Origin: an uncultured virus (IMG/VR IMGVR_UViG_3300032270_000884)
Lineage: Duplodnaviria; Heunggongvirae; Uroviricota; Caudoviricetes
DNA: 28,982 nt
IMG/VR virus record: IMGVR_UViG_3300032270_000884
Reading direction: 5' to 3' (one strand)
In this document: in pieces, positions 6,685 through 14,638 of the stretch
Layout of the letters: each line of letters begins with the position of its first letter
How positions within the stretch are numbered: position 1 is the stretch's first letter
Translations under genes and position numbers: made by a program
Notes under the pieces: model-generated
The model's input: only the letters and a program-made list of their open reading frames with translations
Database searches by the model: none
What the model was told of the DNA's origin: nothing

Positions 6685-8031
6685 GTGGCAAGTAGCTCGA
6701 AGGTTAACGGTAGCTGGAAGAATAATTCTGGCTGGTATGTAAAAGTAAACGGCGTATGGAAAGCCGTTAGTTACGGCTACACAAAAACAAACGGAACTTG
6801 GAAATCTTTCTTAGTTCCAACACCAACGCCTACTCCAGTCTTTACTCCTACACCAACTCCAGTTTTCACACCGACTCCTACTCCAACGCCTACACCTACG
6901 CCAACTCCTACGCCAACTCCTACACCTGTATACACTGCAAACGATTGTATAGATGATGATGCTGGATACTGCACAAACGTAGACGCTCAAGGTTACGGAG
7001 ATTTCTACCAGTATCAATATAGTCCTAGTGGTATTTATACGTGTCCAGCAAGATTTACTGGAAGAACTTTCTGCGGAATTACTCCAACTCCAACACCTAC
7101 TCCAACACCTACACCTACTCCAACACCTACACCTGTTTATACAAGTGGATGTACAACAACCAGCGGTCCTTGCGGTGGATCTTGTTGCCCATACGGAAGC
7201 GGTACTCAGCCTTGCGGTAATGGTGGAACTCAAACTTACTGCATTACTCCTCAAGGTTGTGCTGATGTGTATGGACCATGTACTGGTCAAACTCCAACAC
7301 CTACACCTGTTTACACTCCAACACCTACGCCAACACCTACACCTGTCTTTACTCCTACTCCTACTCCTTACAGCATTTACCCAACACCTACACCTACTCC
7401 AACACCAGTTTATACACCTACTCCAACCCCTACTCCAACACCAGTTTATACACCTACTCCAACCCCATTTACAATTCCTACTCCAACACCTTACACAGCA
7501 CCACGTTTCGTTGATCCATACTACGGTGTTGGTAACCCTTGTATTCAAGGTGACACTATGGTTCTTGTATCAGTTGATGGACTGGTCACAACAAAGAAGG
7601 CTCGTGAAGTTGAAATCGGAGACCTTGTTGTTTCATTGAACTTCTCAGAAATTGATAAGGATGATCCAGATTGGAACTTGTACGAGTGGATGTCTGAATC
7701 TCTTACATTTGTTGATCCTCAAGTATCTAAGGTCATTAACAAGACTCAATCAGTCCACGCTAAGGTTGCCTACTTCAACGGTAACGTTGCCGCTACCTTC
7801 TCTGAGTTCCACCCATTCCTAGTACGTCGTAGCGGAACTTATGAGTTCTACACAGTTTCTACCTTGCTACCTGGTGACACAATATTTACTTACAACAACG
7901 ATACAAACACTGTTGATCCACTTGTTATTGAAACTGTTGCTTGGATTGAAGGGGCAACGGATGCTTACAACTTCAGCGTTGAAGCGTACGACATTGTGAT
8001 TGCTGGTGGCTATGTCACCCACAACAAGTAA
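6685..8031 (+). CDS. Fibre-like protein: KxNGxWK repeats, (Thr-Pro)n tracts, two Cys-rich modules, C-terminal Hint (intein-like) domain
   Basis: AGGAG plus GTG start; KVNGSWK/KVNGVWK/KTNGTWK. The Hint domain starts at C286 (nt 7540, CIQGDTMV) and has [21 protein letters not shown] and terminal VTHNK. Confidence 0.85.
   Translation: MASSSKVNGSWKNNSGWYVKVNGVWKAVSYGYTKTNGTWKSFLVPTPTPTPVFTPTPTPVFTPTPTPTPTPTPTPTPTPTPVYTANDCIDDDAGYCTNVDAQGYGDFYQYQYSPSGIYTCPARFTGRTFCGITPTPTPTPTPTPTPTPTPVYTSGCTTTSGPCGGSCCPYGSGTQPCGNGGTQTYCITPQGCADVYGPCTGQTPTPTPVYTPTPTPTPTPVFTPTPTPYSIYPTPTPTPTPVYTPTPTPTPTPVYTPTPTPFTIPTPTPYTAPRFVDPYYGVGNPCIQGDTMVLVSVDGLVTTKKAREVEIGDLVVSLNFSEIDKDDPDWNLYEWMSESLTFVDPQVSKVINKTQSVHAKVAYFNGNVAATFSEFHPFLVRRSGTYEFYTVSTLLPGDTIFTYNNDTNTVDPLVIETVAWIEGATDAYNFSVEAYDIVIAGGYVTHNK
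6817..7495 (+). repeat. Three coding (Thr-Pro)n tracts punctuated by VY/VF
   Basis: actcca/acacct hexamer arrays at ~6817-6930, ~7081-7140 and ~7291-7495. Confidence 0.9.
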
Positions 8032-8638
8032 TCTGTATTCATCGGTAACGGAGATTGCGCCTTGCGTAAAACTCTATGATGATGTGTGGCCCGGTTCTAC
8101 CGCTTTTATTGAAAAACTAGAGGCTGGTACTGAAACTAGCTTTATACGTTGGGGCGCTGGAACCCTTAACACAGATAAAGGACCACTAGTTGATACTAAG
8201 TATAGAAATGTTCAACTTATAGGCATACCTTCATTTGAAGGGTTTCCACCTAAAGAGGACGCAGACCCAGCCGTATTTAAAATGTACGATATGTATAACG
8301 AATTGGTTTCCAACTTTGATCCAATAATTGAAGAATACCGCAGCGAATACGGGGTACCTACTGAAACTAAAGAAGGCATACAGCTTTTAAAATACGGGGT
8401 AGATCAGTTTTTTGCGGCCCATGTAGATGACTCACCTAAACGCCCTAGAAGAATCTCATACGTTTACTACGTTAACGAGGACTACGAAGGCGGAGAAATA
8501 GAGTTCACCAACTTCAAGGTAACGGTAAAACCCAAGGCGCATCAACTGTTGGTATTCCCATCAAGCTATGCCTACCGTCATGCGGTCCACCCAGTTACCG
8601 CAGGTACTCGCTATGCTATGGTTCAATGGTGGAACTAG
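8012..8638 (+). CDS. 2OG-Fe(II) oxygenase, prolyl 4-hydroxylase-like
   Basis: [43 protein letters not shown] 8012 preferred over TTG 8000. Confidence 0.9.
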   Translation: MSPTTSNLYSSVTEIAPCVKLYDDVWPGSTAFIEKLEAGTETSFIRWGAGTLNTDKGPLVDTKYRNVQLIGIPSFEGFPPKEDADPAVFKMYDMYNELVSNFDPIIEEYRSEYGVPTETKEGIQLLKYGVDQFFAAHVDDSPKRPRRISYVYYVNEDYEGGEIEFTNFKVTVKPKAHQLLVFPSSYAYRHAVHPVTAGTRYAMVQWWN

Positions 8639-9357
8639 AGCCAACAACAATTTATTTTATCTCGTCCGATTCGCAAGAGCCTGGGCTTGAGCCAGAAGTT
8701 AGCGCAAAATCACTACCCGCTTGGTATAAAACCGCTGACAGATATGATGAAGCCCACAGTAGTACTTTTAGAAACTGTGTACCAGTTTTTGACTCTATGA
8801 CAGCTGGGTATGTGTATTTGACACCCTGTGACATAGAGTTTACTGAGGTTAACGGTAAGTTAGAGGTAAAAGTGTTGGACCAAGACTTTGTTGCGTTTGT
8901 AACGGCCAGAGAACCAACTCCTCATCTTCATAACCCAGAGGGTTACTACGACCATCATTTTGCTTGGTTACCTAGGTGGGGGCTTTCTTTAGGAGAAGGC
9001 TACAGCGCTCTGTACGTAACACCTTTAAACCGCTTTGAACTTCCGTTTATCTGTGCTTCTGGAATTATCGACAATGACAAAATGAACACTCCGGGAATGA
9101 TGCCGTTTTGGGTTAGAAAAGGATTCTCTGGTGTTATCCCTAAGGGAACCCCATTTATGCAAATACTGCCGTTTAAAAGAGAAAATTGGCAGGCTATCAA
9201 TATTGCTGCCGATGAGGTTCAAGTAACGCGAAATTTAAAAAGAGCGCTTAGATTTAGATCAGAACCCAACGACTACTATAGAAACCACACTTGGAGCCGT
9301 AAAAAGTACAAGATTCAAGATGGGGTAAGATTGAGCCAAGAAGAAGGGGACCAGTAA
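8626..9357 (+). CDS. Conserved phage protein, DUF6065-like (possible dUTPase-like fold)
   Basis: LPAWYK, CVPVFDSMTAGY, GYSALYVTPLNR, SGIIDND, IPKGTPFMQILPFKRENW. Recalled as a family that co-occurs with phage 2OG oxygenases; family name unverified. Confidence 0.65.
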   Translation: MVELEPTTIYFISSDSQEPGLEPEVSAKSLPAWYKTADRYDEAHSSTFRNCVPVFDSMTAGYVYLTPCDIEFTEVNGKLEVKVLDQDFVAFVTAREPTPHLHNPEGYYDHHFAWLPRWGLSLGEGYSALYVTPLNRFELPFICASGIIDNDKMNTPGMMPFWVRKGFSGVIPKGTPFMQILPFKRENWQAINIAADEVQVTRNLKRALRFRSEPNDYYRNHTWSRKKYKIQDGVRLSQEEGDQ

Positions 9358-9575
9358 TGGCAGAAGAACAGAGATCGGTTAAACCTTGGGATATGTGGAA
9401 TGATGATGTCCCACGTGCAACAGATGAAGTAAGAGATGAACGTTTAAGCGTTTGTATGTCTTGCGAGCATTTAATTAAATTTACAAAACAATGTAAAAAG
9501 TGCGGGTGCTTTATGGCTATTAAAACAAAGCTAGCGGGAGCGGAATGCCCTGTTGGAAAATGGAAGGCAGTTTAA
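9357..9575 (+). CDS. Small Cys-rich metal-binding protein (DUF6171-like)
   Basis: CMSC...CKKCGC...K......CPVGKW; TAATG overlaps at both ends. Confidence 0.75.
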   Translation: MAEEQRSVKPWDMWNDDVPRATDEVRDERLSVCMSCEHLIKFTKQCKKCGCFMAIKTKLAGAECPVGKWKAV

Positions 9576-10177
9576 TGAACTTTATTGCTCCAGGATTAGC
9601 AACTGTTGATAACGTTTTGCTCTCAGAAATTGACTCACTAATTTCTGATTTAGAATACAGCGCAAGTACTGGGATTCTTAATTGGGTCGGTGGAGAGGTA
9701 TCTGGGCAGTACGAGTCGCAGCAAAACACTAAAGTACGCGATACATCTGTTCTTTCCATTCCAATGCCTAACATAGATGACAAGGGACCAGACGAGTTTG
9801 GAAACCCGAAAGATTTAATTTCTCACGGTGTAGGAACAGTTTTTAGAGATGCGTTTATGCCTCATCTTAACCAGTACTTTGGGCGTTTTGGTGTAGACAT
9901 TAGAGATTACGATGGTTACCAAGTCCTTAAATACGGAATTGGTCAAAAGTTTGACCGTCACGCAGATGATCATTGGAGGTATCCTCGTAGGGTATCTCTG
10001 ACTTATTACGCAAACGATGATTACGAAGGTGGCGAAATCGAGTTTGATGAGTTTGAGGTAATGCTCAAACCTAAAAAAGGTCAGCTACTTATATTCCCAT
10101 CAACTTATGTTTATACTCACACGGTGCACCCAGTTACTGCGGGCACCAGATATGCGGTGGTTCAATGGATGAAATGA
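9575..10177 (+). CDS. 2OG-Fe(II) oxygenase, prolyl 4-hydroxylase-like (paralogue of 8012..8638)
   Basis: [43 protein letters not shown] 9575 overlaps the upstream stop. Confidence 0.9.
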   Translation: MNFIAPGLATVDNVLLSEIDSLISDLEYSASTGILNWVGGEVSGQYESQQNTKVRDTSVLSIPMPNIDDKGPDEFGNPKDLISHGVGTVFRDAFMPHLNQYFGRFGVDIRDYDGYQVLKYGIGQKFDRHADDHWRYPRRVSLTYYANDDYEGGEIEFDEFEVMLKPKKGQLLIFPSTYVYTHTVHPVTAGTRYAVVQWMK

Positions 10178-10767
10178 CAAGTTCAACTAGGTCTCCTAGA
10201 CCAGCACCTGCGTTAATCGACGGTGTTTTTACAGCAGATGATTTTAAACGACTATCTGGTCTTATGGCAGCACAAGACCATAGTGTTCAAAATCAGTCTG
10301 GCTTTGGTCGAGTTGGGATAAGCGATCTAGACGTTCCAGAGTTAGTTGAATACGCAAATAAAGCTAGGGGTATAGTTCGTCAAACTACTGGAAGTGAAAC
10401 GCTACTCCACACATATACCCTTTACTCTTACTACTACGGAAACACAGCTAATTTACCTAAGCACACAGATAACAACGCTTGCACATATACGTTAGATTTA
10501 ATGATTAGGTATGGAACAGCAAATTGGGGTCTTTTTGTAGAAGGTCAAGAGTACTTTGTTGAACCAAACCAAGGACTTGTATTTTACGGAAATGATCAAG
10601 AACACTGGCGTGGAGATTTTCCAAATCCTAGCAACAACGGTGTTGCGGTAATTTTCTTTCACTACGCTGAGCCAGACCACTGGTACTTTACCAAGGGGCG
10701 AGATTACGTAAATGTAATTAACGGAACTTGGACAGAAGCCGAATGGGAAAAGCGTAAAGAACGATGA
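10174..10767 (+). CDS. 2OG-Fe(II) oxygenase superfamily protein (distinct subfamily)
   Basis: LPKHTD..CTYTLDL, GLVFYGNDQEHWR, IFFHY; ATGA coupling at 10174. Confidence 0.75.
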   Translation: MTSSTRSPRPAPALIDGVFTADDFKRLSGLMAAQDHSVQNQSGFGRVGISDLDVPELVEYANKARGIVRQTTGSETLLHTYTLYSYYYGNTANLPKHTDNNACTYTLDLMIRYGTANWGLFVEGQEYFVEPNQGLVFYGNDQEHWRGDFPNPSNNGVAVIFFHYAEPDHWYFTKGRDYVNVINGTWTEAEWEKRKER

Positions 10768-11720
10768 AAACTGCCCTAGTACTTGGTGCTGGGGGTTTCA
10801 TAGGTAGCCACTTAGTTAAGAAACTAAAAGAAGAAGGCTTCTGGGTTCGTGGCGTTGACCTAAAGTACCCTGAGTATTGGAAGACGTACGCTGATGAGTT
10901 TTTGTTATCTGACTTACGTAATAGGCATGAAGTAGACCATGTAATAGACCGTAGGTTTGACGAGGTGTATCAACTAGCCGCAGATATGGGTGGCATCGGC
11001 TATATCAGCGGAAACCATGACGCAGAGATAATGAGTAACTCTGTGCTAATCAACGTTAACGTTTTAAAGCGTTGTGAGCAGATGGGTATCCGTGGAGTGT
11101 TCTACTCTTCATCAGCATGCATCTACCCAGAGCATAACCAACTAAACCCTAATAACTTTACGTGTGAAGAGTCCAGTGCTTATCCAGCAAACCCTGACAC
11201 TGAATACGGGTGGGAAAAACTATTTAGCGAGCGCCTCTACCTTGCTTACAATAAAGAACACGGTATGAAAAACAAAGTGGCTAGGTACCACAACGTATTT
11301 GGCCCATATGGAACTTGGAAGGGCGGTAAAGAAAAAGCGCCCGCTGCTCTATGCCGCAAAGTAGCCTCCGCTACAGACGAGATTGAAATATGGGGTGATG
11401 GAGAACAACTACGGTCATTTTTATACATTGACGAATGCGTACAGTCAACCATTGATTTCTACAGAGAGCCTACATTTTTTGATCCATTAAACATAGGCTC
11501 AACACAAACTATTTCAATAAACGCTCTTGCGGATTTAATTTGTTATATTGCTAATAAACCGCTATCTAAAAAACACATTGAAGGCCCTACTGGAGTTCGA
11601 GCAAGAACTTCTGATAATGAACTAATTACTAAAGTGCTTGGAAAAGCTCCCAAAGAAGATTTGAAGTACGGGCTAGAGCAAACATATGCTTGGATTGCTG
11701 AATGCCTAGCAACCTCCTAA
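10764..11720 (+). CDS. NAD-dependent epimerase, GDP-mannose 3',5'-epimerase (GME)-like
   Basis: GAGGFIGSH, LAADMGG, SSACIYPE, YGWEK, GGKEKAPAALCRK, WGDGEQLRSF: the GME subgroup signatures, including the catalytic Cys and Lys. Confidence 0.88.
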   Translation: MKTALVLGAGGFIGSHLVKKLKEEGFWVRGVDLKYPEYWKTYADEFLLSDLRNRHEVDHVIDRRFDEVYQLAADMGGIGYISGNHDAEIMSNSVLINVNVLKRCEQMGIRGVFYSSSACIYPEHNQLNPNNFTCEESSAYPANPDTEYGWEKLFSERLYLAYNKEHGMKNKVARYHNVFGPYGTWKGGKEKAPAALCRKVASATDEIEIWGDGEQLRSFLYIDECVQSTIDFYREPTFFDPLNIGSTQTISINALADLICYIANKPLSKKHIEGPTGVRARTSDNELITKVLGKAPKEDLKYGLEQTYAWIAECLATS

Positions 11721-12751
11721 TTTATGAACTTTACAACCCTTGTGGTCTATTTAACCAAGTAACTAGCCTTGAAAAAGGTGTGGCGCTTTCTTACGCATTT
11801 AAAAGAGATTTACTAATACATAACGTTGTAAATATGGCTTACCCTAGTTTAGAAAAACGTCAAGGGATGTTTACCAATAATACTAGTCCAAAATACAAAG
11901 TAGACAGAAAAGGATTGACGGACGAATCCCGTAACCCTCAAATAAATGATCTACTTAGTTTTACTCCTTATTCAAATGCTGTATTTGTAGATAATCAACT
12001 GGGAAATATATCTTCCAAGCCCGTTGGCCCTGTTAACTTTAGAAATATGTACGTTAATCTAAGTGACGATAAAACAAATGAATATGATTTCTCGTTAGGC
12101 AGATCTAAGTTAAAAAACCCAATTGGTTATGACCTTGAGGTTAGGTGCACTATTGGCTGGTATTCAGCGTTCTTTATGAACAGAACGCCCGAGGTAGATT
12201 TTGGACTGTCTACAGTCCGTTTTAAGCCCGAGTATTACGAGCTAGCAAAAAGGGTAGCCGACTCCCTTGGCGACTTCTCTGGGGCTCATATAAGGCTCAC
12301 AGACAACCAATTTGGCTACCCAACCACTAAGCAGGTTGAGGCCGGTTTAGACAGCCTTGAAAAACACCCAATTGTCATTTCTACTGATCAGCCTAGTCAC
12401 TTAACAATTACCAACCAAAATCACACACTCTTAGATTCCTACATACAAGAGAACTTTTTTAAAGAGTTTAGGGAGTTAGAGTTTACTGACGAGATATCTT
12501 TGGGTCTTGTGTGCAACCTTGTGATGCATCACGCTAAAGACTTTATTGGAAGCCAAGGAAGTACCTTTACTGGATACATACAAAGATACGTGCGTAACGA
12601 CATGAAGATTTTTGGGGAAGAGGATTACAACATAACTGGAGCCTTTACTTGGAACGGCTACAAGTTGCCAAGGCTTAAGCAATACAACTTGACGGTCAAC
12701 GACATCCCTTGGTGGCGTGAATGGCCTGAGGCTAAACTACAGATAGGCTGA
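11702..12751 (+). CDS. GT-B glycosyltransferase, O-fucosyltransferase (POFUT/NodZ)-like
   Basis: GLFNQ, AHIRLTD, VISTD, FIGSQGSTFTGYI: the GDP-sugar-binding motifs of the fucosyltransferase superfamily. Confidence 0.8.
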   Translation: MPSNLLIYELYNPCGLFNQVTSLEKGVALSYAFKRDLLIHNVVNMAYPSLEKRQGMFTNNTSPKYKVDRKGLTDESRNPQINDLLSFTPYSNAVFVDNQLGNISSKPVGPVNFRNMYVNLSDDKTNEYDFSLGRSKLKNPIGYDLEVRCTIGWYSAFFMNRTPEVDFGLSTVRFKPEYYELAKRVADSLGDFSGAHIRLTDNQFGYPTTKQVEAGLDSLEKHPIVISTDQPSHLTITNQNHTLLDSYIQENFFKEFRELEFTDEISLGLVCNLVMHHAKDFIGSQGSTFTGYIQRYVRNDMKIFGEEDYNITGAFTWNGYKLPRLKQYNLTVNDIPWWREWPEAKLQIG

Positions 12752-12776
12752 CAATCAACTCCTCCTCTTGGATACT
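12748..12776 (+). promoter_or_regulatory. Sigma70-type promoter CTGACA-N17-GATACT
   Basis: Exact 17-nt spacer; followed by an AGCACC/GGTGCT hairpin and a GAGGAG RBS. Confidence 0.55.
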
Positions 12777-12822
12777 TGGATAGCACCCCGATCAGGTGCT
12801 TAATCACTCTAGAGGAGATAAA

Positions 12823-13536
12823 ATGGCAACAGATACATCAGGTCAGCAAGCAGTTGACTTCGTATGGGGACCTTTCCCTATGCAACCAAATAACGACCGT
12901 GCTGCGGCAATCACCCCAGCAAACATCGGCGGAGGCGCCGGAGACTATTCTTGGTCTGCAACTACACGCGTAGCTTCAGACCGTCTTGACCCAGCACTTT
13001 CAAACCACGCAGTCGCAGAGGCTGCCTACGCTGGATACCCTGGCTTTACAGGAAATGATGATGGCGCATATGTTTCAGGAGTTGCGTATATCGTAGTTCC
13101 TTCAGTACTTGGTGACACAACAGCCGTAGCTCTTGATGAGCTTAAGGATGCTGGTTACGAAGCATCTAACATCACAACAGCTTCAGCAGCTACAAACGCA
13201 GCTTCAACAATCACAGCAGTTACACGCACAGGCACAGCGGCACAAATTAACTCAACAGGTGCTGGTGCTAAGTATCCAGTAGGCACAAAGATTACAGTTG
13301 CAAACCTTGTTTCTCCAGATACAGCACTAAACGGTACTTGGACAGTTACAGGAGTTGGAACAAATACAGTTGCATTTACAACCACAACATCAGGTACTCT
13401 TTCAACAACAGGTATTTCTGTTGCTGGACTCACAGGTGTTGCTGGAACAATCAAGACTCAGTCAACAGCAGCAGGTGCTGCTTCTGTGGCTACAACAGCA
13501 ACAATCACAATCACACCTTGGGCAACAGCTTCATAA
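12823..13536 (+). CDS. Ala/Thr-rich probable virion protein with a split PASTA-like motif and an inserted beta module
   Basis: ATG 12823 after GAGGAG; VPSVLGDTTAVALDELKDAGY ... GTIKTQSTAAG; codon usage resembles the MCP gene. Confidence 0.65.
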   Translation: MATDTSGQQAVDFVWGPFPMQPNNDRAAAITPANIGGGAGDYSWSATTRVASDRLDPALSNHAVAEAAYAGYPGFTGNDDGAYVSGVAYIVVPSVLGDTTAVALDELKDAGYEASNITTASAATNAASTITAVTRTGTAAQINSTGAGAKYPVGTKITVANLVSPDTALNGTWTVTGVGTNTVAFTTTTSGTLSTTGISVAGLTGVAGTIKTQSTAAGAASVATTATITITPWATAS

Positions 13537-13547
13537 GTTTCCCAAAC

Positions 13548-13581
13548 AAAAAAGCCCCCTGCTATATGCAGGGGGCTTTTT
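13548..13581. terminator. Bidirectional intrinsic terminator
   Basis: AAAAAGCCCCCTGC-TATAT-GCAGGGGGCTTTTT between convergent genes. Confidence 0.92.
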
Positions 13582-13584
13582 GCT

Positions 13585-14124
13585 TTAGTACCAATGGTTC
13601 TTTTGCCAGAAGGCCCATGCGTTGCATGCGCCGTGCGGATCGCTGGCGGATCCATATCGCTTGAAGATATAACGAAGTCCGTATTTGATTTGGAGTTTTG
13701 CTTCGGCAGTCTTTTCGACTCCGTAGTTGCCCCAAGTAGATGGCATGAACTGGGCAATTCCGTATGCGCCAGAGCTCATGTTCTTAGCCTTAGGGTTGAA
13801 ATGGCTCTCCTTTTGCCAGATATTGCGGAGGCACTTCCACTCTTCCATTGGCCAATCATTTGCATAAGTGGTCAAGAAAGCGAGCGCTTCAGCGTCAAAG
13901 TATTTGACGGTGTCACTTGCCAAGGCGGCCTTGGCTTCTGTTTTAGTAGTTGTTACCTTCAGGTAGGTCAAACTGACCGTAACTGATTTTTCGGGCTTTG
14001 CAGGTGTTGTCAGAGCCTGTGCCGTTGGTGGAACTACTAGGTGCGATGTAGCAATAAGAAATACTGCTAACTTCGCTCCTAACTTCTTTAGATCAACTTG
14101 GAAGTTGATTCTGATATTAAGCAT
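13585..14124 (-). CDS. Secreted or membrane-anchored lytic transglycosylase (SLT/lysozyme-like)
   Basis: WKCLRNIWQKESHFNPKAKNMSSGAYGIAQF, QIKYGLRYI..RYG, AWAFWQKNHWY; N-terminal hydrophobic stretch; GAGAGGAG RBS. Confidence 0.9.
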   Translation of the reverse strand: MLNIRINFQVDLKKLGAKLAVFLIATSHLVVPPTAQALTTPAKPEKSVTVSLTYLKVTTTKTEAKAALASDTVKYFDAEALAFLTTYANDWPMEEWKCLRNIWQKESHFNPKAKNMSSGAYGIAQFMPSTWGNYGVEKTAEAKLQIKYGLRYIFKRYGSASDPHGACNAWAFWQKNHWY

Positions 14125-14143
14125 TGCTGCTCCTCTCAGTTGG

Positions 14144-14187
14144 AAAAAGGCACCTTGTGGGTGCCTGTCTCTGCCTTAACGGTATCA
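14144..14187 (-). promoter_or_regulatory. Extended -10 (TGaTACCGT) plus leader hairpin with U-tract
   Basis: Minus strand: TGATACCGT (14187-14179), then AGGCACC-CACAA-GGTGCCT-TTTT (14166-14144) just before the RBS. Confidence 0.5.
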
Positions 14188-14295
14188 CATGCCATACATA
14201 GTAAAACAAACTGAACTAGATACTAAATAATAATTACGTTTAAAACGGACAAACTGTACAGAATTACAGTATAAATAATCCATTGCAGTAAATAA

Positions 14296-14311
14296 TGTGA
14301 CATAATTCACA
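14296..14311. promoter_or_regulatory. Perfect CRP/GlxR-type palindrome TGTGA-N6-TCACA
   Basis: TGTGA CATAAT TCACA in the AT-rich divergent intergenic region; the spacer is itself -10-like. Confidence 0.55.
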
Positions 14312-14350
14312 CGACAATTCGGTTCCCCCTTCTACCTATAAGGAACTTTA

Positions 14351-14587
14351 ATGACCCCAATGGATTGGGCAGGTATTTCTGCCTCTGTAGTCGCAACTCT
14401 TGCAGGCGTAGGAGCGTTTTCACGCTGGATGATTAAATCCTACCTTTCAGAACTTAAGCCCAACGGCGGGACAAGCCTCAATGACAAGATCAAATTAGAG
14501 GTCCTTCCTATGCTCACAGAGATTAAAGTCGACATAGCGGAGATGAAGGGTCGATTAGACACCCACATCGAAGAGACAAATAAGTAA
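14351..14587 (+). CDS. Small membrane protein (one TM plus coiled coil), lysis-cassette type
   Basis: WAGISASVVATLAGVGAF TM, ELKPNGGTSL motif, heptad-like tail; AAGGA RBS. Confidence 0.75.
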   Translation: MTPMDWAGISASVVATLAGVGAFSRWMIKSYLSELKPNGGTSLNDKIKLEVLPMLTEIKVDIAEMKGRLDTHIEETNK

Positions 14588-14590
14588 TAC

Positions 14591-14599
14591 TGCTACACT
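14591..14599 (+). promoter_or_regulatory. Extended -10 TGcTACACT
   Basis: TGnTAnnnT 40 nt before ATG 14639; hairpin-forming sequence follows. Confidence 0.5.
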
Positions 14600-14638
14600 G
14601 TAGCTAGGGCCAAAAGCCCGCTACACATAAGGAGAAAC

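Noticed and set aside
6667..6685. Stop-codon readthrough or recoded genetic code fusing the 46-aa ORF to the Hint protein
   Set aside because: The stop is TAA, the downstream gene has its own AGGAG, and all three stop codons end genes normally in this window.
6777..7639. Alternative-frame and antisense ORFs over the TP repeats, and a possible CRISPR-like array
   Set aside because: These are degenerate 6-nt coding repeats with no constant repeat plus unique spacer structure.
7540..8031. Canonical mobile intein
   Set aside because: No C+1 Cys/Ser/Thr, no C-extein and no homing endonuclease.
8570..10170. DGR template/variable repeat pair in the similar oxygenase 3' ends
   Set aside because: Differences are mostly synonymous and not adenine-specific, and no reverse transcriptase is present in the window.
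14125..14350. c-di-AMP (ydaO) riboswitch upstream of the transglycosylase
   Set aside because: The predicted leader is too short and the region is AT-rich, with no recognisable conserved elements.
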